A stretch of 64,000 nucleotides of DNA from an uncultured Gammaproteobacteria bacterium (GTDB lineage Bacteria > Pseudomonadota > Gammaproteobacteria > DRLM01), in assembly GCA_947259075.1 (NCBI GenBank), contig CAMYKQ010000053.1, positions 3,846 to 67,845 of the forward strand, in the 5' to 3' direction. Below are positions 29,854-39,067 of the stretch, piece by piece. Each line of letters begins with the position of its first letter. Position 1 is the stretch's first letter. The notes beneath the pieces were generated by a model. It did not search any database. It was given only the letters and a program-made list of their open reading frames with translations, and was not told where the DNA came from. The position numbers and the translations under genes are program-made.

Positions 29854-30216
29854 CTAAAAGTTGATGCTGTCAAAGCGCGGCCGCGCGCCCTGCAGGCTGA
29901 GGGTGATGCCATTGGGCAGGCAGGCGGCTAAGTCACCGGCCCGGGCCAGCCAGCCGCTGTGGACGCATTGCTGGCCGGGACAGGGCGAAGAGAGAAAACG
30001 CGCGCGGCCGTCTTTCACCTCCAGCACGCTGTCGCCCAGCGGGCCGTGGATATGCAGTTGCTGGTTGCGGCTCAAGGGTATTTCCAGCGGGGCTTGGCCG
30101 TTGGCGGCGATGCGCGCCCGGTCGGCGGGGCCGCCTGCGCCCCAATACTTCGTGTACAGCACGGGGAGCAGGGCGATGGCCAACAGGAGCACGAGCCAGT
30201 CGGCGCGGGTCATCAC
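29854..30216 (-). CDS. NusG domain II-containing protein
   Basis: N-terminal helix, G.LG, SPCP.Q.CV..G, CLPN. Confidence 0.85.
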   Translation of the reverse strand: MMTRADWLVLLLAIALLPVLYTKYWGAGGPADRARIAANGQAPLEIPLSRNQQLHIHGPLGDSVLEVKDGRARFLSSPCPGQQCVHSGWLARAGDLAACLPNGITLSLQGARPRFDSINF

Positions 30217-31280
30217 GGTTCACCGATGACGGTCTTGGGTTCGGGCTTGATCTCGAAGTGAATGCGCTTGGCCATGGCCGGGGTCAGGTACACCGTGCGG
30301 TCGGCACCCACCAGCATCACTTCTTTAAGGCCCATGCCGCGCACCACCTCCAGCCAGTTGTCCGGCCCGGCCACCATCAGCGCGGTGGAGGCGCCGCCGC
30401 CGACGCCGCCACCGGGATAGACCACCGTCGCCGACATCGCGCCGCTGGCGGGATAACCCGTGCGCGGGTCGAGGATGTGCTGGTAACGCTGGCCCTGGAA
30501 TTCGAAATACCGCTCGTAATCGCCGGAGGTGAACACGCTCTCGTCGCCGTGTATTTCCAGCGAGGCGAGCACGCCGGGGCCGCGCGGGTCGCGGATGCCG
30601 ATGCGCCAGGGCTGTCCGCCGCGCTGGCCGATGGCGCGCAGGTCGCCGCCGGCGTTGACGATGGCATTGCTGATGCCGTGCGCGCGCAGGGCGGCGATGG
30701 CCTGATCGACGCCGTAGCTTTTCACATAGGCGCCGAAGTCCAGCTGCACGGCGGGGTTACGGCTGCGCAGCTGATTGCCGTCCAGTTGCAAATCGTCCAT
30801 AGCTGGCTGCAGCGCCACGCGTTCTTTAACGGCGTCGGGGTGGGGCGGGGGCACATCGGCCGGGCGCTCGTCCATTTGAAAACCCCATTCGGCGAGCAAT
30901 TGGCCGATGGCGGGGTTGAACAGGCCGCCGCTCTGGCGCGAGAGGGCTTGCGCGCCGCGGATCACCTCGATTTGGTCCGGCGCCAGGTCCACGGTGCCGC
31001 CGCGGGCGAGCTGGGTATTGATCTCGGTGAGCGGACCCGGTTCCCACGCGTGCCAGCGGTGATGCAAGGCATTCAGGGTGCTGATGACCGCCGCGCTGGC
31101 CTGCTGGGCGCTGGCGGCGTCCGTGCCCCAGATGCTGATGTCCACCAAGGTGCCGAAGGCGAGCACCTGTTCTTGATGCAGGGGCTCGGGCGCGCGGCCG
31201 CAGGCGCTGAGCGCGAGGACGCCGAGTAGGGCGAAGAACCCAATGTAACGGGACGCGCGCGCCGCGAGCAAACCCTTCAC
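30213..31280 (-). CDS. apbE: FAD:protein FMN transferase lipoprotein
   Basis: Lipobox LSAC, GGD, TSGDYERYF, HILDPRTG. Confidence 0.92.
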   Translation of the reverse strand: MKGLLAARASRYIGFFALLGVLALSACGRAPEPLHQEQVLAFGTLVDISIWGTDAASAQQASAAVISTLNALHHRWHAWEPGPLTEINTQLARGGTVDLAPDQIEVIRGAQALSRQSGGLFNPAIGQLLAEWGFQMDERPADVPPPHPDAVKERVALQPAMDDLQLDGNQLRSRNPAVQLDFGAYVKSYGVDQAIAALRAHGISNAIVNAGGDLRAIGQRGGQPWRIGIRDPRGPGVLASLEIHGDESVFTSGDYERYFEFQGQRYQHILDPRTGYPASGAMSATVVYPGGGVGGGASTALMVAGPDNWLEVVRGMGLKEVMLVGADRTVYLTPAMAKRIHFEIKPEPKTVIGEP

Positions 31281-31282
31281 GC

Positions 31283-32251
31283 CTACGCCGTCCCGGCGCG
31301 CCGCGCCGCGAGTTTCTGTTCGATGCAGTCCATGAATTGCCCGCCGATGTCCAGGCCGTAGAGCGCGTCCAGTTCGCGGATGCAGGTGGGGCTGGTGACG
31401 TTGATCTCGGTGAGATAGTCGCCGATTACGTCGATGCCGACGAAGCTCAAGCCTTTTTCGCGCAGAGTGGGCCCGACTTGGGCGCAGATCCAGCGGTCGC
31501 GTTCACTCAAGGCCACGCCCACGCCGCTGCCGCCGGCGGCGAGATTGCCGCGGGTCTCGCCGGCGGCGGGGACGCGTGCCAGGGCATAGGGCACGGGTTC
31601 GCCGTCTAGCATCAGAATGCGTTTGTCGCCGTCGCGGATCTCCGGCAGATAACGCTGGGCCATGATGTAGCGTGAGCCGAGCTGGGTGAGGGTTTCGATC
31701 ACCACGCTGATATTGTGATCGCCGCTGTGCAGACGGAAGATCGCCTCGCCGCCCATGCCGTGCAGGGGTTTCAGAATGACATCGCCGTGCTCCTGCAAAA
31801 AGGCGCGGAGGTCAGCGGCGCTGCGCGTCACCAAGGTCGGCGGCGTGCATTGCGGAAACCAGGCGGTGAAGAGTTTTTCGTTGGCGTCGCGCAGGCTTTG
31901 CGGTTTATTGAGCACCAGCACGCCCTCGGCTTCGGCGCGTTCGAGCATATACGTAGCGTAGAGATATTCGCTGTCCACTGGCGGGTCTTTGCGCATGAGG
32001 ATGACATCCAGCGCCGCCAGCGGCAGGGTCTCGTGCGCGCCGAAGTGATGCCAGCGGTCCACGTCGCTTTGCACCGTGATCCGCCGTGTCCAGCCATAGG
32101 GAACGCCGTCGCGCAGGCTGAGATCACCCAGTTCGAGATAATACAGCTCCCAGCCGCGCGCCTGCGCCGCCAGCAGCATGGCGAGGGTGCTGTCTTTTTT
32201 GGGTTTGATGGCATCGATGGGGTCCATTACCACCCCGAGTTTGATGGTCAT
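31283..32251 (-). CDS. gshB: Glutathione synthetase
   Basis: VVMDPI, MRKDPP, RGNLAAGG, EINVTSPT. Confidence 0.96.
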   Translation of the reverse strand: MTIKLGVVMDPIDAIKPKKDSTLAMLLAAQARGWELYYLELGDLSLRDGVPYGWTRRITVQSDVDRWHHFGAHETLPLAALDVILMRKDPPVDSEYLYATYMLERAEAEGVLVLNKPQSLRDANEKLFTAWFPQCTPPTLVTRSAADLRAFLQEHGDVILKPLHGMGGEAIFRLHSGDHNISVVIETLTQLGSRYIMAQRYLPEIRDGDKRILMLDGEPVPYALARVPAAGETRGNLAAGGSGVGVALSERDRWICAQVGPTLREKGLSFVGIDVIGDYLTEINVTSPTCIRELDALYGLDIGGQFMDCIEQKLAARRAGTA

Positions 32252-32431
32252 GATTTTTTTCCAACGCGCAGGCGTAGCGTGGCGGCACGCAGGCCGTAGC
32301 TGTGGCGGCGGCTGGGCGAATAACGATGGCGTCTCATGATGGCGTGCATCCGCAGCTGGCTTGGAATAAAACGCAATTGTAGTCAGTTTGCGTCTTCACG
32401 TCTTCACGTCTGCGCCTCGGCGTTTACGCTT

Positions 32432-33727
32432 TTATACGGAAGCCGCGATTTCCCGCGCCGCCGCCAGCAGGGCCAGGCGCGCGATGACGCCGTAAGCGTA
32501 AAAACGATTGGGATGAGCGTCGGGCGCGCGGTTCACATCCGGGGTGTTGCAACACTCGGCGAAGGCCAGGGGTTCGAAGGCCATGCCGGGGGCGTTGAGA
32601 TTTTCATCGACGCCGCGGCCGGTGTGAATGCGGTAAAAACCGCCGACGACGAAGTGATCCATCATATACACCACCGGCTCGGCCACGGCTTGATGGTCAC
32701 CCCAAGTCTCGAAGGTGTAGACGCCTTCTTGCAAGATCACTTTGCTGATCTGCTGCCCGCCCTTGCTGGCGGCCATGCGGCTGCGCTGCTTGCGGTTGAG
32801 TTCGCGTATTTCTTGCGCCGAATGCACCATCATCACCCCCATGCCGTAGGTGCCGGCGTCGGCCTTCACCACCACGAAGGGGCGTTTGTCGATGCCGTAT
32901 TCGTCGTATTTGCGCTGGATGTTGGTGATGAGGGTCTCGACATTCTTCGCCAGGCAGTCTTCGCCCTCGCGCTTGGTGAAGTTGATCTCGCCGCATTGCA
33001 GAAACAGCGGATCGACCAGCCAGGGGTCGAGGTCGGTGAGTTCGGCGAATTCGCGCGCCACCGCGCGGTAATGATTGAAGTGATCGGACTTGAGACGGTT
33101 GGACCAGCCTAGATTGAGCGGCGGGATCACCGGTTGATCGAGTCCTTCCAGGATCGCGGGGCGGCCGCTGGATAAATCATTATTGAGCAGCACCATGCAT
33201 GGGTTAAAACCGGCGACGCCGAGTTTGTTGCCCTCGCGCGTCAAGGGTTCCAGGCGCACGCGGCGGCCGGAGGGCAGGCGGATCTCGCTGGGCTCGGTCA
33301 CTTCGTCGAGCAGCGAGCCGACGCGGACCTCGAAGCCCGCCTTACCGAGGATGTCGGTGAGGGTGGCGACGCTTTCCATGTAAAACAGATTGCGGGTGTG
33401 GTTCTCGGGGATCAGCAACACCTTGGCCGCCGCCGGACACACACGCTCGATGGCCGACTGCACCGCTTGAATGCACAAAGGCATGAAGGCGGGGGTGAGA
33501 TTATTGAAACCGGCGGGAAAGAGATTGGTGTCCACCGGCGCGAGCTTGAAGCCGGCGTTACGCAGATCCACCGAACAATAAAAGGGCGCGGGGGTCTCCA
33601 GCCACTGGCCGCGCAACCAGCCCTCGATGGCGGTCTGCCGTTCGAGTAAATGTTGTTCAATCATCAACAAGGGGCCGGTGAGGGCCGTGGTCAGGTGCGG
33701 GACTGCGTGCAGGTGTTCGATGCTCAT
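32432..33727 (-). CDS. gshA: Glutamate-cysteine ligase
   Basis: VPHLTTAL.GPL, SVDLRN.GFKLAPVDTNLFP, KAD.GTYGMG. Confidence 0.93.
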   Translation of the reverse strand: MSIEHLHAVPHLTTALTGPLLMIEQHLLERQTAIEGWLRGQWLETPAPFYCSVDLRNAGFKLAPVDTNLFPAGFNNLTPAFMPLCIQAVQSAIERVCPAAAKVLLIPENHTRNLFYMESVATLTDILGKAGFEVRVGSLLDEVTEPSEIRLPSGRRVRLEPLTREGNKLGVAGFNPCMVLLNNDLSSGRPAILEGLDQPVIPPLNLGWSNRLKSDHFNHYRAVAREFAELTDLDPWLVDPLFLQCGEINFTKREGEDCLAKNVETLITNIQRKYDEYGIDKRPFVVVKADAGTYGMGVMMVHSAQEIRELNRKQRSRMAASKGGQQISKVILQEGVYTFETWGDHQAVAEPVVYMMDHFVVGGFYRIHTGRGVDENLNAPGMAFEPLAFAECCNTPDVNRAPDAHPNRFYAYGVIARLALLAAAREIAASV

Positions 33728-33816
33728 GATTCACCACTGATTAGCCGCCGGAGGAGACGGCATCATAACACAGGGCGGTGAGGGTGCTGGCGAAGCGGGG
33801 GCGTGATGCGGGCGGG

Positions 33817-34377
33817 TCAGCGCGGGCCGCGCATGCGCGTCAAGCGCCAAGCGATGAGCGCGGCGGCGAACAGGCTGAGGCCGTGGGGCGTGGGCAGTTT
33901 ATTGCCGAAGGCGTCGTCGACGCGTGTTTTGAGCAGGGCGAATGCGCCGCCGCCGTTGCTGAGCGCGTCGAAACTGAGGGTGGCCAAGAGCACGTCCGCG
34001 GATTGCAGCAGGTCGAGTTCGATCTCGCTGAGCAGGGACACGGCGGCGATATTGACGGCGCCGGGGGATGATAAAAATTCGCTGAAGGTTTCGAAGGCGG
34101 CGGGGTCGGGGTCGCCGAGCTCGCCGCTGAAGCTGACGCCGTTGAGTGAAAACAGCGCGCCGTCATAGCCGATGTCGATGTCGTAAGCGCCGACCGAGGG
34201 CGCAAAGCCCGCGCCCAATCCAGTGACGCGCACTTGAACGTTGAGCACGTCGCCCGCGGCGACTGTTGCCGCGTCAGGTGTCAAATAAGCGAACACGGGC
34301 GCCGCCGCGGTGATCTGAGGAAAATGAATCAGAACGAGGAAGCCGAGCAGCGGCAGCAGCGGGTGTGAACGAGGCAT
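33817..34377 (-). CDS. Cohesin-like domain protein with variant PEP-CTERM tail
   Basis: Signal peptide; V..GD.LNVQV.V, GAYD.DI.YD..L, LATLSF.A..G cohesin-like pattern; LPTP + hydrophobic helix + Arg. Confidence 0.72.
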   Translation of the reverse strand: MPRSHPLLPLLGFLVLIHFPQITAAAPVFAYLTPDAATVAAGDVLNVQVRVTGLGAGFAPSVGAYDIDIGYDGALFSLNGVSFSGELGDPDPAAFETFSEFLSSPGAVNIAAVSLLSEIELDLLQSADVLLATLSFDALSNGGGAFALLKTRVDDAFGNKLPTPHGLSLFAAALIAWRLTRMRGPR

Positions 34378-34409
34378 GGCGTGATGACCCTTGGTTTAGG
34401 TGATGAAGT

Positions 34410-35099
34410 TTAAGTGATGAGGTGAGGCAGATTCAGTTCCGTCCGTGGACCTTGGCGCGCGGTGATTTTTAAAATAATTAAGGCCAGGCCGCCGCCGATG
34501 AGCAGCAAGAGCGTGGCGGGTTGCGGCAGCACGGCCACGGAGATGTCATCGCTGAGAAAACGGACATTGCCGGTGAAGGGATTGCCGATGTTGAAGGCGT
34601 CGAAGTCGACACTGGTGCCGAAGAACCAGCCGGGCAAGAGCGGGCTGAGTCCGTCGATGATCTGCGTGACGGAATCAGACGCCAGCGGATCGGCGGCTGG
34701 AAAATTAAAATCCATGGCGGCGAAGACCGCGGGACCAAGATCGGCGTTTTCGACCATGCCCACTTTTATGAAGCCGGGAAAGGTGACGTCGAATACATTG
34801 GTTTCATGTTCACCGGTGCTGCCGGTGCGCGAGATAAAATACGAGACGATGTCGAAGCCGACGTCGAAGGTCACGCTCTTGCGTGGCGCCAAGGTCGTGT
34901 CGTCGCTGGCGTCACCTAATTTGAGGACGGTGGATTTCTCGCCATTTTTACCCTTGACGATGAGGTCGGAGAGCACGAAGGTGTCCGTGTCGGAGTTGTT
35001 TCTCACTTCGATGATCTCACCGGCATGGGCGGGCGGAGGCACGGCCATAATAACCATGATGGCGGCGAAGAAGATGCTGATTGCGGCTGATGCTTTCAT
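34410..35099 (-). CDS. Secreted protein with variant PEP-CTERM tail
   Basis: Signal peptide ending AHA; LPQPATLLLLIGGGL; RBS AGGAG. Confidence 0.75.
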   Translation of the reverse strand: MKASAAISIFFAAIMVIMAVPPPAHAGEIIEVRNNSDTDTFVLSDLIVKGKNGEKSTVLKLGDASDDTTLAPRKSVTFDVGFDIVSYFISRTGSTGEHETNVFDVTFPGFIKVGMVENADLGPAVFAAMDFNFPAADPLASDSVTQIIDGLSPLLPGWFFGTSVDFDAFNIGNPFTGNVRFLSDDISVAVLPQPATLLLLIGGGLALIILKITARQGPRTELNLPHLIT

Positions 35100-35170
35100 G
35101 TTGTCACTCCTGTATTGCGGGGGCGAGGTTTTGCCCCCGGGTCAAGTGCGTGGGCGGCGGCGATCTATTG

Positions 35171-37039
35171 CTAGGGTGCGCACCGCGGTTTGTCACATTT
35201 GAGGGTGCAATAACGCGCATCGTTGACGGTGATTAAACCGTCGCCGTCGGCATCGAGCGGGTCCGCCGGGCCGAAGGCGCGCGCATTGCGTTGCGCGAAG
35301 ATGGAGCGGATGTCGCCGCGGTCCACCCTGTCGTCGTTATTGATGTCGCATATTTGCGCCACGAAGGTCGAGCCGTCTTCGGGGTCGAAGGCGCTGGGCA
35401 GGCCGTTGCCGTCCACCGCGACGATGCCTATCACCTCGCCGTCCTGGAGTTGCAATTGCACGCTGGTCTGCGTCGTGCCGCCGAGAAATTCAACGCTGGG
35501 GGCGGCGGGGTCATCAAATAATTCAGCGCTGCGGTAGATGTGGTACTCCGCGGCCGCCGCTACGCCGGACCAAACCAGTGTCATTAAATCACGGTTCTTG
35601 GCCGCGATGCGCAGATCGTCCACCACCGCTGGCGGCAGCGTGAGCGGCGGGCCGATGATGACTTGCACGGGGACAATCCGGCTTTCTCCCGGGGCGAGCA
35701 CGCCGCTGATTTGCGGCGGGCTGATTTGAATTTCCGTGGTCGCGGCGGAAGGGGCGAGCGTGACTTCAAAGGACTGGGCGCTGGTGCCGGGGTTGGTGAT
35801 GATTAAGTTGTAATTATGCGTCGCGGCGGGTTCGTCATCGGCGAAGAGCAGGCTGACGAGTTCAATGCCGTACGTGCCGGGTCCGGTCGCGCTGGCGTGA
35901 TCGGCTTGCACCAATTTGTCGTGCGGCACATAAATGGAATTGGGTATCTCGCTCAGCGGCGTGCCCGCCACATCGCCGGTGACGCGGCCCAGGCCGTCAC
36001 TCACGCCGAGGCGCAGGGCGAAGGTTTGGCTCTCGATCTTCGCGCCGTTTTTTTTATGGGACTCCAATTTCTTCCAGCCGCTGAAGCCGGGTGTGCCGGT
36101 GGCGGTGAAGGCGAAGTCGGTTGGCGTGCTGGTGACGCGCAGATGCGTGGTGCGCACCCAAATGTCGGCGTCGTGAAAACTGGTGGGTAAAACATAGCCG
36201 GCGTGACCCGTGCCGCTGAGATAGCTCTTGCTGTCAGTGAAGGATTCCCACGGGTCGAAGAAATGCCATTTACCGCCGTACCACACATTGGCCGCGGCGG
36301 TTTGCACGTCATAGCTGCCGTCGGCGAAGGAGGGTAATACGTTTTTCTCGCGCACGGGGAAGCCCAGTTCCCGTACCAGCGAGGTGAAGAACAGCGCGGT
36401 TTCGATGCACATGAATTGATTGCCCGCGCGCGGTTTGCCGATGTCGATGGTGCCGTCGTCGGCGAGCTTGCAGATGTCGGCATCGTCTTCAAAATCCGAG
36501 GGCTGGCCTTTGGGGTAGGTGAGGTCTTCGACGAATTTGTAAATATTGTTGATGATGGCCTCCGCGTCGGCGGGCATTTTGTCGGCGTAGTTGCCGCCGC
36601 CGGCTTTAGGCCTTGGACCATCTTTGTGACCGGGCGCGCCGGGCAGCGGCGAGGGGCTTTGCGCCGCCTCGTAGCCGTTCTTCGGACCTTGGTAACGCGC
36701 GGCCTTGTAGGCGATGCGCGCGCGGCAGGCGCTGTCGTGGTTGGAGGAGGCGCCGCCGCGTTCGTAATAATCGCGCTGCGCCGCATCGGCGTTTTCTTTT
36801 TTGTATTCTTTGCTGTCGCGTTCTTTTTTGCCGGCCTCGTAGGCGCTGGCGGGCACGCTGGCCTCGCCATTATTGTTGAAGCCGTTGCTCGCCAATCCGG
36901 CTGGATCATCGCCCGCGGAATAGAGTGGCAGCAACAGGAGCGTGGCGGCGAAGGTGATGAGGACGGCGGAGCGGCCCCGCGTGCGATGAGATGAGGCCGC
37001 GCGGCTGCTTTGGGCGGCATTCACTCCTTGCCTGTGCAT
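35171..37039 (-). CDS. Secreted transglutaminase-like / Ig-FN3-like / dockerin protein
   Basis: C.ETA..F..L.RELGFP.R and W.FFDP core; L.W..V..A..Y.IYRS FN3-like; duplicated DINNDDRVD / DADGDGLITVND loops at the C-terminus. Confidence 0.75.
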   Translation of the reverse strand: MHRQGVNAAQSSRAASSHRTRGRSAVLITFAATLLLLPLYSAGDDPAGLASNGFNNNGEASVPASAYEAGKKERDSKEYKKENADAAQRDYYERGGASSNHDSACRARIAYKAARYQGPKNGYEAAQSPSPLPGAPGHKDGPRPKAGGGNYADKMPADAEAIINNIYKFVEDLTYPKGQPSDFEDDADICKLADDGTIDIGKPRAGNQFMCIETALFFTSLVRELGFPVREKNVLPSFADGSYDVQTAAANVWYGGKWHFFDPWESFTDSKSYLSGTGHAGYVLPTSFHDADIWVRTTHLRVTSTPTDFAFTATGTPGFSGWKKLESHKKNGAKIESQTFALRLGVSDGLGRVTGDVAGTPLSEIPNSIYVPHDKLVQADHASATGPGTYGIELVSLLFADDEPAATHNYNLIITNPGTSAQSFEVTLAPSAATTEIQISPPQISGVLAPGESRIVPVQVIIGPPLTLPPAVVDDLRIAAKNRDLMTLVWSGVAAAAEYHIYRSAELFDDPAAPSVEFLGGTTQTSVQLQLQDGEVIGIVAVDGNGLPSAFDPEDGSTFVAQICDINNDDRVDRGDIRSIFAQRNARAFGPADPLDADGDGLITVNDARYCTLKCDKPRCAP

Positions 37040-37749
37040 GATGGCATCCCTGGTGTTGCTGTCGCGGGCGTTCTTGTTTTTTATTTATAGCTAGAGAATA
37101 GGTGGTTTATTTACATTTTCCAGTGGGGTGAGTGCCAGGCGATACCGCGGGACACTACTAGTGCCTATGCGCAAAGTTATGCGCGGCTCCAATTGAAATC
37201 AGCGTTGTGGGAGGGGGCAGGGCGGCGCGCCGCCAGTGCCGCGGCGGCCGTGCGCGGAATGCATGGCTTGAGGCGCAGGCCAGGGTCGCACTCGCCGTGT
37301 TTGTAATTCATTTAAGCGGGATGGCCGCGCAGCGGCGTGTCCGTGCCGGATCGGTGTGAGAGTGCCGAACCCGTGAGCAATGCTCAGCGTGGTGACGCGT
37401 GAAGCGTATCTTGCCGCCGCGCGGCGCAACAGCGGTGAAATGACCGCGGTGGCGGACATGCCCGCGATGAGCCGCCCGCCGTTCCGCGCCGCGAGTGCTT
37501 GAGTATGGTCTTTACCGGGCGGCGGTTCGCGGCGATGGGCGGGTGATTTTCCGGGTTCTTCTCGCGGCTATTTTATAAGCGCCGGCCAGTGGCCGTATCG
37601 TTTCCGCCGCCCGTTGCGCGCGCTGGGCGCTGAGACTTAACTGATAGTGAACCGCCTTCTCGTGGGCCGTTGTTTACGCGCCGGGGGCGTTGGCCTGCCG
37701 CCGGGGCGGGCAGGTCACGCGCTAGCGATAAAAGCACATTATCCGCCGC

Positions 37750-37779
37750 AATATACATTCGTGAATGTTTGTATATAAT
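37750..37779 (+). promoter_or_regulatory. AcrR-type operator abutting a TATAAT -10 element
   Basis: ATACATTCGTGAATGTTTGTA resembles the E. coli AcrR site; upstream of the RND operon. Confidence 0.7.
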
Positions 37780-37859
37780 CGTCGCTTCATGTTCTCAACT
37801 GGACTCAGGCCATGACGCGTGCTCCCCTAATAAAATTTTCTGGCGAAGACGGACGGGCA

Positions 37860-39023
37860 ATGAACCGGCGAGTGTGGTTTGCCGCCGGGGCCATGGCGGT
37901 CGCGGCCCTGCTCGGCGCCTGTGGCAATAGCGGCCAGGCCGCCGGGCCGGGGGAGGGGGGCGGCATGCCGCCCATGCCGGTGACGGTGATCGAGGCCCAG
38001 CCGCAACAGCTGCCGCGGATCATCGAGGCGGTAGGTCAGACCGAGGGCTCGAAAGAGGTCGAGGTGCAGGCGCGGGTCTCCGGTGTTTTAACCAAGCAGC
38101 TCTTTGAAGAAGGCGACAAGGTTAAACGAGGCGCCGCCTTGTTCAGCATCGACCGCGCGCCCTTCGAGATCGCGCTGGCGCAAGCCCGCGCCGCCTTGGA
38201 GCAGGATAAGGCCAATCTGGAAAAGGCGCAGCGCGAAGCGGCGCGTTTGCAACCTTTGGTCGGCGAAAAGGCCGTGAGCCAAAAGGAGGCGGATGATGCC
38301 AATAGCGCGTTGCTCGCGGCGCAGGCCTCGCTCGCGGCCAACGAGGCCCGCGTGCGCGACGCCGAGTTGAACCTGTCTTATACCCATATCACCGCGCCGA
38401 TCTCCGGCGTCACCGGCCGCGCCCAGTTTTCCGAGGGCACGCTGGTTGTTCCCGGCACTGCGTCGAGCGTGTTGACCACGCTGCAGATCATTGATCCGAT
38501 CTGGGTGCGTTTCGCCTTCTCCGAAAGCGAAACCTTGCAGCTGCGCCGCGCGGGCGGCAAGGCCGAAGTCAATTTGCTGTTGCCCGATGGCAGCCTGTAC
38601 GGCAAAACGGGCGTGCTCAATTTTATCGCCTCGACCGTCAACACCGATACCGGCATGGTGGAGATGCGCGCGGAATTCCCCAACCCCAAAACCCTGCTGT
38701 TGCCGGGCCAGCTGGTCCGCGTCCAAGTCGCCATCGGTGAGCGCGAGGCCTATCTGGTGCCGCAGGCCGCCCTCGCCCAGACCGATCAAGGCAAGCTGGT
38801 GTTCACCGTCACCCCGGACAACACCGTGGCGCCGCGGCCAGTCGAGACCGACGGCTGGTCGGGCAATAATTGGGTGGTGAGCAAAGGCCTCGCGCCCGGT
38901 GACAAGATCATCACCGACAATCTCATGAAGCTGCGCCCCGGCGCGGCGGTGATGCCGCATGCGCCCGGCGAAGGTCCGGGCGCGGGCGATGCGGCGGCGG
39001 CGGATAAACCGGCTCAGAAATAA
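37860..39023 (+). CDS. RND efflux periplasmic adaptor (AcrA/MexA-like)
   Basis: Lipobox LGAC, EV.ARVSG, ITAPISG, LLPG. Confidence 0.92.
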   Translation: MNRRVWFAAGAMAVAALLGACGNSGQAAGPGEGGGMPPMPVTVIEAQPQQLPRIIEAVGQTEGSKEVEVQARVSGVLTKQLFEEGDKVKRGAALFSIDRAPFEIALAQARAALEQDKANLEKAQREAARLQPLVGEKAVSQKEADDANSALLAAQASLAANEARVRDAELNLSYTHITAPISGVTGRAQFSEGTLVVPGTASSVLTTLQIIDPIWVRFAFSESETLQLRRAGGKAEVNLLLPDGSLYGKTGVLNFIASTVNTDTGMVEMRAEFPNPKTLLLPGQLVRVQVAIGEREAYLVPQAALAQTDQGKLVFTVTPDNTVAPRPVETDGWSGNNWVVSKGLAPGDKIITDNLMKLRPGAAVMPHAPGEGPGAGDAAAADKPAQK

Positions 39024-39067
39024 TAACGAGTATGCCCACGGCCCGGTATCTCAGCGAAGGCTAAACC

